Shown: piece by piece, positions 8,501-16,800 of the stretch | Layout of the letters: every line of letters begins with the position of its first letter | Numbering within the stretch: position 1 is the first letter of the stretch | Source: a virus | Lineage: Duplodnaviria; Caudoviricetes | IMG/VR virus record: IMGVR_UViG_3300046028_005144 | Coordinates: 1-24,568 of that record | Strand: one strand, 5' to 3' | Length of the DNA stretch: 24,568 nt | Notes under the pieces: model-generated | Seen by the model: the letters and a program-made list of their open reading frames with translations, nothing else | The model's database searches: none | What the model was told of the DNA's origin: nothing | Made by a program: the position numbers and the translations under genes

Positions 8501-11500
8501 ATCTGGAAAAGCTGGAAACAAGGTAACTGCTCCAGCTGGAACAAACATAGTACAAGCTAAAAGGTTGCTTGATGCACAGGAAGCTGCACAGAAAAAATCT
8601 ACTGCTGCTGTAAAAGAAGAAACAAAGACTAGAAAAGCAGTAACAAAGACTAATAAAGAAGAGACTGTAGCTAAAAAGAAGAGCATTGACGCTACTAAAG
8701 TAGATACAAAAGCAAAAACAGATTCAGCTAAAAAGGGACAAACTCAAAGAATAACAGCGAGGGAAACTGCAGGTGGAACACGCTACTATTCTGGAAACAG
8801 ACTTGCCTCAGATCAAAAAGCAGCACAGACAACTTACAACAGACAGCAGGGTGCTATCAAGGGGGCAGAGACAAGAAGAGCCAATGCGGCTATGCGAGCT
8901 AACCAAGCACCTCAAGCTCAGCAAAAAGGTGCTGGTGGTGGAAGAGGTGGTATGGGTATGGCTGGTATGGTTGCTTCTGGAGCCGTCATGGCTGGCTCAA
9001 TGCTTCCTGGATCAGCTGGTAAGGTAGCACAAGACCTAATGATGCCAGTTATGGCATTGTCTATGATCCTTCCAATGTTACCTGCTGGAATAGGTATTGC
9101 GGTAGCAGCTATTGCCGCATTAGCCATGGGTGCTTTTGCACTAAAAGGTGCGTTCGATAAAGCTCAAAAAGAAGCCATGGAGATGACAGAAACTCTGGGA
9201 GCTGGCAAAAAGGCTATTCTGGCCTATTCAGAATTTGCAGGAACAGCGTCAGCTGGGGAAATCATGGATAAGCAGAGAGAGGCAAATGCATCGCCATTCA
9301 GTGTTCAGCAAGGAAAAACAACATTCGGAGAATCTTTTGTAGCTGGAGAACAAGGTAAGGCTATGCTAGACTCTCTGAGAAAGAGTGTTGCAGAAAAAGG
9401 ATCTTCCGCAACACAGGCTCAGCTTGTAAACCAACTAGGAACTGCAGTTGCCTCTGGGGCACTGAATGAAGCACAGGCAAGAAGTATTGCTGCCAGCATT
9501 GGCCAAGAACTAGGAAATCAATCTTTTGGAATTAATGTTAACGCAAAACTAATTGAAATATTCGGTCCAAATGGAGAAAATCTTATAAACGAACCACTTG
9601 AAGTTAGAGTCAAGATGATTCAAGAAACTCAGGATCAAATTGGTGCTGTGGCACAAGCGTCTCAGCCAAAAATGACCGAGGGTGGTTTTCAGGCAGGTGG
9701 AGGTACGTTACTAGCTGCTGGAGGCGTCGCCGCTGCAGCTCTCGGCGTTGCGGGTGCCTTGTCTGCTGCTGGACTAATTGCTCAGGCAGTACCAATTGTT
9801 GGAACTGTTGCTGGTGGAATTGCTCTAGCTACAGCTGGAGCAATTGCCCTTACAGTGGGTATTTGGCAGGGCGTAGAGGGAATGGCCAAGATGGGGCAAG
9901 CTTCGGCTACCAACGTTGCAATGGGAATGGTTGCAATGCAGCAACAAAAAGAAATGCTGGATTCCTTAGACCTAGAGTACCAAAGAAGAATTGCAAATGC
10001 TGTTGCAGCTGGAGACGTGGCAAAAGCAGAAGAGCTTACAACACAGCACATCCTAGATAGAGAAGCTCTTCTTGCCAAGAATGCCGAAACAACTAAGATG
10101 GTTCTAGACAACTTTACAAACCAGGGATCATTCCTTGGAATGAACTTTAATCAGGGGGCATATAAAGAAGCAGCAAGCAAAGCCCTAACCGCAGCATATG
10201 CGGATGATCCAGTCATGGGGCAAATTGCTAAGGGGGCTTATGACAAGACTATAGCTGCAGGTGGTTTAGACGATACTCAAGAGTACCAGATGACACTACT
10301 GCTTGCCAATAAAGAATTAGATCCAGGTATGGTTATGCAACTTTTGGATAGTTTTGGAAACGATAAAGAACAGATGACAAAGATTCTAAATATCATGACC
10401 AACATCGGATCTGCCGATGGAAACCGTGCAATTGGATTAATGAATGCGTTCGTTGACGAAGAAGGCAATGCCTTGCCAGACCAGCAAAAAACATTTATTG
10501 CAAATATAGAGTCCAAGAGTCCAGCAGATGCACAAAAGTCTTTAGCCATGTTTGAAGAAGTTGCAAAACTGGGCGGAGCAAATGTTCTTGAGACCAGCGT
10601 AATTATGCAATTCTACAACAAGAATCCAGAAGCCGCAGCAAAAATGGAAGACATGATAGAACAAATAAACTCTTATGGTGGAGAGTTGACAATGGATTTT
10701 GTTCAAAACTTAGTTGGAGAAGGCCAGTTCCAAGCCTTTAAACAAAACCAGGCCTATTTCGAAAGCCTTGATAATGAGCAAAGAAAAGATTATGTTTCTG
10801 CTTTTGTTAACACCATGGAGCTTCAGGGAGACCCAGACATGCAAGCAGCCTGGAAGGCTTGGCAATCAACTCTTCCTGCAGATCAAAAAGCCAGAGCTTT
10901 TGAAGACTTTGCAACTGTTACTGCAGTAAGAGTTACTGAAGCAGGAATAGACAGGACAGCTGCTGCTGTAGAAGAAGAAGACACTGCGGGTGGTGGTGGC
11001 GGAGGACCGTCTTCATCACCACTAGACGACCTTCTTAAAAAGCTAAGAGATGTTCGTAAAAACCAGATAGGTGTAACTAAGGGCTTTGAGGCCTCAGCAG
11101 CTGCAATCAACAAACTATTTGGAGGCGGAGCTGGCATCAATCTTTTCAGCGGTATTGAAAATGACATGAGACAGCTAGGTGCTGGAGAAGACCTAATTAG
11201 TCTTATAGCTGGAATGGACCCAGAAGAGTTTGAAAGTAAAAAGAATACGCTATTTAATTTCGACAAGCAAACTGGAGAAATCATAGGATTTAAAGAGCAG
11301 CTAGTTAATATTGGAAGAGCTCTTTCTGCAATTGCTCTTGGAGAATATGTTACACAACAGCAGAAAACTGCAAAAGAATCAAGAAACCAGGTTCTAGCAT
11401 TTAACCAACTAAGAGCTGCTGGATACTCTGTTGCAGAGGCATACGAAACTATTCAAGACGCTTCTGTAGCAGCTGCAGTTGCTACTGGAGATGTAACAAG

Positions 11501-13244
11501 AGAACAGCTCAACACAATGCTTGCCGAGCTTAGAGCTGCACAAGACGCTATGAGAGAAGCTGCAAGGCTAACTCCAGAAGGTCTCCAAGAAGTGTTTGAA
11601 GACGGATTTAATAAGGCAATGGAAGCTTTTGACGTACAAGAGAAAAAGCTAACCCTAGAATATGAGCTACAAATAGCGGACGATCAAAAACTTATTGAGG
11701 ATGCTCAAAACCAGATAGCTGCAATACAATATGTAATGGATGATTATGAGGCAGATCTCAAGGGCATTGAAGACCAAGAAGAGGCTATCAATAAAACTTA
11801 CGATGAAAAGCTAAAAGCTCTAGAAGACGTTCGTAAAGCAAATCAAAAAATTCTAGACCAGGAAAAGGGAAAACTCTCAGTAGCAGAAGCAATTACTCGT
11901 GGTGACCTGTCTGCAGCTGCAAGGGCTGTTCAGGACGTAAGAGCAACCTCTGCCTCTGGATACTTTTCAAGCCAGACTGACGCACTTAATCAAGGAAGAA
12001 AAAATGCCCTTGACGCAGTTAGATCAGAAAACGGACTATCTAGAATTGAGATAGAAGAAAGACTTGAGCAGCTTGCAAATCAGATCTTTGAAATTGAAGA
12101 AAATACTATCGAACCAGCAACAGAAAGAGTTCGCCTGGCTGGAGTAGAGCTACAGGCAAGAATTGATGAACTAGAGGTCCTTGGAAAGACAAGAGCTGAG
12201 TGGGAGACAATTAAAAATAATATTGATGTTGCAAGAGTAAATAGCAAAGGTTATAAAGAAGCTATGGACGAAGCCCTTGGCGTTGTTCAAGATACCTTGG
12301 ATGCTTGGAACGGAATTCAAAATAAGACTGTCACCTTGACAGTACAAACAATTCATGAAGGAACCGCAACTCCTGGAGGTCCTGGAGGACCAGGCGGTCC
12401 AGGAAACCAAGGCACAGACCCACTAGACCCAAGCGTTGACACCCCAGCAGCTCAGTCAAAGAGAATTAGGGATGCACTAAATGATTCTAGCATTGCTGCT
12501 AAGGTATCAAAAGCACTTCGAGAAGTAGCTGGAATAACCACATCCAATGCCGATAGAGCGACTGAATTAATAAATGCCTTTCTTTCAAAAATAACAAAGG
12601 CTCAGGCAGACGCTATTTTTGCTAAGGCTGGCGTTAGTGGCAGGAGCTCGGCAGGTGGCGGTGGTGGAACTGCTAGCCGATTCTTGGCTAATGGAGGAAG
12701 TGTTAAGTCCTACATGGCTGATGGCGGTTCTCCATTAGGCTCAGATACCGTTCCAGCAATGCTAACTCCAGGAGAGTTTGTAGTAAAGAGACCTATGGTC
12801 AACAAGTATGGGACAGACATGCTTAACAAGATAAATTCTGGATCTTTTGGAAACTCTTCTAAGAATGCAAGATATAAGATTGCGGACCCACCCTATGCCT
12901 CTAGAAGATTTAATTCAGCTGTTTACCAACTTCCAAAAATTGACTATGCCTCTAGAAGATTTAATTCAGCTGTTTACCAACTTCCAAAAATTGACTATGC
13001 CTCTAGAAGATTTAATTCAGCTGTTTACCAACTTCCAAAAATTGAGTATGCTCCTAGAAACCTCAATGTTCCAATTTCGAATAATACTCCTGCAGCAACT
13101 TCCACACAGATGGACAATTCAGTGTATAATTATAACTTAAGTGTAAATGTTTCATCTCAATCAGATCCAAACACAATTGCACAAACAGTAATGGGTCAGC
13201 TAAGAATGGTTGATTCTCAAAGAATAAGGGGCAACAGGTTCTAA
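5514..13244 (+). CDS. Tape measure protein
   Basis: 2576 aa, Ala-rich and helical. Contains a TP901-type core ('GINASEGANALKSGLAALINPTGKASEMLAEFGINI...AIEQLFGK'), hydrophobic segments, a long coiled coil and a C-terminal 'DTVPAMLTPGEFVV'. Confidence 0.95.
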   Translation: MAEDANARIRVDIDTAAALANIKNLQRQISAFHTSLAKSGGTAAASSMQLQNSLINGLNKTGQFSAGIKTIKTTTDSFTNSLQKNKLSMGEYFRYSAAATKSFGRFFSSEFDTINKVARERVKDLQTQYIKMGRDANGAMRAIAVRPLALDMENLATKTQIAAQRQALLNQMLKQGSTNLLNFGKNTQWAGRQLMVGFTVPLIMLGSVAAKTFMDMEKQAVRFKRVYGEMFTTTEETNKALQDIKNLANEFTKYGVAVSKTMELAADIAATGKMGAELTAQVAETTRLAVLGGVEQAKALEATISLTDAFGVSADELAGKIDFLNAVENQTITSIEDLTIAIPKAGPVVQQLGGDVEDLTFFLTAMREGGINASEGANALKSGLAALINPTGKASEMLAEFGINIKGIVEANAGDVKGLVVDFASALDDLDPLDRARAIEQLFGKFQFSRLSTLFQNVIKDGNQASRVLKLSNATTAELAVLSEREMKKIEDSPMFKFQKALEDIKVTLVPLGEAFLKAVTPLLEFGTSVLKKFDELDEGAKGFVVGLTAIAGVIGPVFLMGFGLIANGVANVIKGFVFFKTAMNKAGSASTQLGMQTEYMTQQQLEAAAVAASLDQVHSKLRQTFTSEAAAINALTAAYDRAIAKQMAFAGTPIAVGRGARSPKKLASGIVSVPGPKGAGDIVPAMLSPGEAVIPAEKAQKYRGFIEALISGNIPGFTKGVGSVPAPTPPKPERASNYIQGPFDKPIEQSKKPPLTNKTVTAYTSATTFLPDDKNINNRLANPGNNPVTGKELSAAYKKGGKGLMIPLVTEVARQMGHSTPQKLEAAMKKNPALKRNFDRFAGAVSTRFTSEFGKMKFVDDPKFASTAQKIVKEESQNINKKFASATGKVLTNYNAFKDSSEKILRPSGQAGAKLKDVGRARLFDKQPIYKDQMSQYRANAKTFGYDIPEKPARVHVTPNKQVDLNQVAKGKNQLSMPAERARQRINAGQQVFYESGKAGNKVTAPAGTNIVQAKRLLDAQEAAQKKSTAAVKEETKTRKAVTKTNKEETVAKKKSIDATKVDTKAKTDSAKKGQTQRITARETAGGTRYYSGNRLASDQKAAQTTYNRQQGAIKGAETRRANAAMRANQAPQAQQKGAGGGRGGMGMAGMVASGAVMAGSMLPGSAGKVAQDLMMPVMALSMILPMLPAGIGIAVAAIAALAMGAFALKGAFDKAQKEAMEMTETLGAGKKAILAYSEFAGTASAGEIMDKQREANASPFSVQQGKTTFGESFVAGEQGKAMLDSLRKSVAEKGSSATQAQLVNQLGTAVASGALNEAQARSIAASIGQELGNQSFGINVNAKLIEIFGPNGENLINEPLEVRVKMIQETQDQIGAVAQASQPKMTEGGFQAGGGTLLAAGGVAAAALGVAGALSAAGLIAQAVPIVGTVAGGIALATAGAIALTVGIWQGVEGMAKMGQASATNVAMGMVAMQQQKEMLDSLDLEYQRRIANAVAAGDVAKAEELTTQHILDREALLAKNAETTKMVLDNFTNQGSFLGMNFNQGAYKEAASKALTAAYADDPVMGQIAKGAYDKTIAAGGLDDTQEYQMTLLLANKELDPGMVMQLLDSFGNDKEQMTKILNIMTNIGSADGNRAIGLMNAFVDEEGNALPDQQKTFIANIESKSPADAQKSLAMFEEVAKLGGANVLETSVIMQFYNKNPEAAAKMEDMIEQINSYGGELTMDFVQNLVGEGQFQAFKQNQAYFESLDNEQRKDYVSAFVNTMELQGDPDMQAAWKAWQSTLPADQKARAFEDFATVTAVRVTEAGIDRTAAAVEEEDTAGGGGGGPSSSPLDDLLKKLRDVRKNQIGVTKGFEASAAAINKLFGGGAGINLFSGIENDMRQLGAGEDLISLIAGMDPEEFESKKNTLFNFDKQTGEIIGFKEQLVNIGRALSAIALGEYVTQQQKTAKESRNQVLAFNQLRAAGYSVAEAYETIQDASVAAAVATGDVTREQLNTMLAELRAAQDAMREAARLTPEGLQEVFEDGFNKAMEAFDVQEKKLTLEYELQIADDQKLIEDAQNQIAAIQYVMDDYEADLKGIEDQEEAINKTYDEKLKALEDVRKANQKILDQEKGKLSVAEAITRGDLSAAARAVQDVRATSASGYFSSQTDALNQGRKNALDAVRSENGLSRIEIEERLEQLANQIFEIEENTIEPATERVRLAGVELQARIDELEVLGKTRAEWETIKNNIDVARVNSKGYKEAMDEALGVVQDTLDAWNGIQNKTVTLTVQTIHEGTATPGGPGGPGGPGNQGTDPLDPSVDTPAAQSKRIRDALNDSSIAAKVSKALREVAGITTSNADRATELINAFLSKITKAQADAIFAKAGVSGRSSAGGGGGTASRFLANGGSVKSYMADGGSPLGSDTVPAMLTPGEFVVKRPMVNKYGTDMLNKINSGSFGNSSKNARYKIADPPYASRRFNSAVYQLPKIDYASRRFNSAVYQLPKIDYASRRFNSAVYQLPKIEYAPRNLNVPISNNTPAATSTQMDNSVYNYNLSVNVSSQSDPNTIAQTVMGQLRMVDSQRIRGNRF
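12893..13045 (+). repeat. Perfect tandem repeat, 3 x 51 bp, in frame in tape measure (YASRRFNSAVYQLPKID)
   Basis: Unit CTATGCCTCTAGAAGATTTAATTCAGCTGTTTACCAACTTCCAAAAATTGA starts at 12893, 12944 and 12995. A degenerate partial copy follows at 13046-13059. Confidence 0.97.
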
Positions 13245-13888
13245 TGGCAACTAACGCATACATGACAAACAGAAAAAAGTATGGCCGCCCCCAAGCTATG
13301 CTTTGGGCAAATAATCCAGGCAAGCTTGAATCAGGAGCTTATGTCCCAGAAGGTTTTGAAGTTGGTCAGACTATCCCAGAGGATGCTACACAAGAAGAGT
13401 TGCTTAACGAGTTTTTAATTTTGTCGGATGACAACAGGTCTCCTTTACAGTTTAACTCAGTAAGAATTGAGAAAAAAGAAAGAATGATAAATGGAAGAAT
13501 GAGATCTTACCATATTGCAGACAAGATAGACCTTTCAACATCTTGGAGTATGCTGCCCTCTAGATCATTTGCTTCCTCCCCAGATTTTGACGAAGTTGGA
13601 AATTCAAACGACCCAGCTCTAGTTGGAGAACAGTACACTACTGACGGCGGTGCTGGAGGACTAGAAATTTTAGACTGGTATAACTCTTATAAGGGATCTT
13701 TTTATGTCTATTTTGCTTATGACAAATACACCAATTTTTCTGACGAAGACCCACAAAAATATTCGAGGCTAGGTCAATATAACGAAATTATTGAAATGTA
13801 CATTTCTAGTTTTAACTACTCAGTTGAAAAACGTGGGGGATCCAATCATGACCTATGGAATATAAGTTTAAGTCTAGAAGAGGCTTAA
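13244..13888 (+). CDS. Putative distal tail (Dit-like) / minor tail protein
   Basis: 214 aa directly after the tape measure (TAATG coupling). Contains 'ERMINGRMRSYHIADK' and ends 'WNISLSLEEA', as many post-TMP proteins do. Confidence 0.65.
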   Translation: MATNAYMTNRKKYGRPQAMLWANNPGKLESGAYVPEGFEVGQTIPEDATQEELLNEFLILSDDNRSPLQFNSVRIEKKERMINGRMRSYHIADKIDLSTSWSMLPSRSFASSPDFDEVGNSNDPALVGEQYTTDGGAGGLEILDWYNSYKGSFYVYFAYDKYTNFSDEDPQKYSRLGQYNEIIEMYISSFNYSVEKRGGSNHDLWNISLSLEEA

Positions 13889-16800
13889 TTGTTTGATAGC
13901 AAAGAATTAAACGACCACATACAGAACTCTTCAACAATTAAGTCACGTGCTGCAGTTATTGCAGAATGGAACATGAACTTCTTTGAAAATATTGCCGATA
14001 TTGGAAATTATAGATACCGTCCGCTTTTAGGAATTGCTGAGAAGTATGGCTCACTGCCAAATATCTACGACTCAAAAGACCTGGGAAACTTCTATACTGG
14101 TGCTACAGACGCAGACGTTTTGGTAGACGGTGGATTTGAAGAAGATGGTCAAACTCCAGTTTTGTTTAAGCCTAAAAAAGAAAAAGAAAAGCTTTTGTTT
14201 TCTTTGGAAGACTGCTTTGGAAAGTTTAGACCAAGGTCTGGTATCAATAAACTCAGGTACGAAATTACTGGAAAATATTTGCATCACAGCAATGTTGATA
14301 TGTTTAATAGGCCCAGATATTATATGCCAGATAAAACTGATAACTTTAAATACTGGACTTCCTATAGAACTGAAGACGGTATAGAATACGGAATTGCAAA
14401 CAACACCATAAGCGGTAATCATCACATACAAGACGTAGCTCCTTATGTTGTTTACAAAGAAGAAGTACCAGTAAACAGGCTTGTTGTAAAGATGCAAACA
14501 AATGTTGGAGATGTAAACCTTGGTCCCTTCTCTGGTTCTGCTGGATCATTCGCAGATCCATTTTTTGGAGAACAGAATAAGACAACTCCCGTAAAATGGA
14601 AAATTCAGTATTTAAAAAACAATGTTTGGCTAGACGCTATTTCCTTTGATAAAAACTCTGTTCGTAGTGATGGAAATCCAATAGTTGGAACAGACGGATA
14701 TTTAGAAATAGGTTATGGACTTATTGTTCCAGAAAGGTTTAAGTCAAACTTTATAAGCAATGGCACTTTGGCTTCTACAAACATTCTTCCAAAAGAAAGC
14801 GAAAATGGTCAGGCATACTTAGTAAAACAAAACACGAATGATATTGGGCAGTACTATATTTGGGAAAACACGGGGTACTTAACCTTTGCTCCAAAATACG
14901 GATGGTACGTTGTAGATGAAAACGTTGATCAGCTGACAAACTTTGTAACAGATACTACAAGCCCAAAGAAACATAACACAGCACAAGCTGGAATACTAGA
15001 CTATGAAGAGTTTTTGTTTATTTCTGGAATTCGTGTAGTTGTTGAAACCATGAACAAGTTTGGGTCTACATTTGACCTGATTGAGCTTTCCCCCAGACTA
15101 TCGGTAGACCTATCTGAAAAAACAATTTCATACTCAGTAACCAAAAATGCTTCAGATCTCGGAGTGAGTGGATTACCAGTTGGTCAATTGTTAGCGTCTA
15201 CAGGAGAGCTGAGAATCTTTGACTATGACCAATCTTTTAACCCCAACAATCTATGGGACTCAAAATCTGGAACTGGAAGCATTGTTGCAAAATACATAAA
15301 TAAAAATATTCAGATAAAATTTTATGAGATAGTCTCTGATGTTACTATAACAGATGAAGAAGGAAACACAACTAAAAAAAGTTTTTATGTTCCTATAAAG
15401 ACTTTATACTCAGAATCTTTCCCGCAGTCAAACCTAAAAACAAGAGAGCTTCAGCTGTCTCTAAGGGACCTTTTCTTTTATTTTGAGTCACAGTCTGCTC
15501 CACAACTCTTGATCCCCAATGTTTCTTTATCTTATGCCCTTGCAACAATTTTTGATAGCATAGGGTTTAGCAACTACTCATTTAAAAGACTTGATGGAGA
15601 AAGTGACCCAATCATTCCATACTTCTTTGTTTCTCCAGATAAAAGCATAGCGGAAGTTTTAAATGATTTGGCTGTAGCTACCCAGACTGCCATGTTCTTT
15701 GACGAGTATAATAATTTTGTTATGATGAGCAGAAACTACTCATTGCCAACAGAAGAGGAAAGAGCTACAAACATTGTTTTGCTGGGATCTAAAAACGATC
15801 CAGACTTGCCAGATAAAGAGAACATTCTTGACATAGCTTCAAGGGATACTGACGTTTATAATGATGGAAAAATAAGCTACATTGCAAGGTACATACAGAA
15901 GTCTATGGGGTCTTTAAAACAGGCTTACGTTGCAGACAAAAATATTTCTTGGATATATAAGCCAGCTTTGCTTTGGGAAGTTGCAGGAACAGAAAACCTA
16001 AAACCCACAAATGGTCAAACAGCTACTGGAAATAAATACGCACTAGCAGCTATTCCACTAAATTCTAATCTGAGTAGCGAAATTCCAAAAGTTGTAAATA
16101 ATCAACTAATAAATAACATTATTGATTTTGGAGACGGCATCCTGTATATCGGAAGATATAATGGATACTTTTACTCTAGCGGAGAAGTAATTAAGTATGA
16201 CGCAGTTGAATATAATGTTTCGGTTTTGCCATCAAGTGTGATAGACTCTACCTTTACTGGTGGAAATGTTTGGATTTCTAGCCCGCAGGAATACGAAGAC
16301 TATTTTTCTAAACTTTCTTTTAATGGAAAAATTTATCCAACTGGTCGTGTAAGAATTTATGCAGAGCCAAACTACGAAACTTTTAATGGAATAACCAGAA
16401 TGTCTAATGGAGATGTTGCAAAGCATGGAAGAGGGCAGTTTGGAACAAAGGTTGTAGAACATATAGCTGGACTAGATCCACATTGGACGAACAATGACAA
16501 TGTTTATGGTTGTAAGATGAAATCTAATTATCTATTTGGAAACCTTTCTTTTGAGGCTGTGCCTGGATCACAAACAATAGCAAGGCCCACCGTTGATTAC
16601 CTACTTGTCGGTGGTGGTGGTGGTGCAGGTGTTGCCATAGGACAAGATACATACACTGGAACTGGTGGTGGTGGAGGTGGTGGCTATGTAGCCGTAACAG
16701 ATTCTTTAATTGATCTGAATACTAATTATTCAGTAACAGTTGGAATTGGAGGTGTTAACAACACTAATGGTGGCAATACCGTCTTTGGAACAACTACTGC

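Noticed and set aside
6560-11284. Long minus-strand ORFs (e.g. 6560-7315, 9782-10111, 10883-11284)
   Set aside because: Antisense shadows of the Ala-rich tape measure with no RBS or protein-like composition. The same applies to 19959-20456 and the other minus-strand ORFs.
12372-12407. 9-bp degenerate repeat encoding PGGPGGPGGPGN
   Set aside because: Short flexible linker, too short for a collagen-like domain.
12893-13045. CRISPR or mini-array interpretation of the 51-bp repeats
   Set aside because: The units are head-to-tail with no spacers, are a multiple of 3 and lie in frame in the tape measure.
13122-13136. TATAAT inside the tape measure 3' end as a promoter for the distal tail gene
   Set aside because: It lacks a correctly placed TG and -35, and is explained by Val-Tyr-Asn codons. 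The next gene is translationally coupled.
12847-13140. Alternative-frame 97-aa ORF (MPLEDLIQLFTNFQKLT repeats)
   Set aside because: It is open mainly because a stop-free 51-bp unit is triplicated. No convincing RBS.
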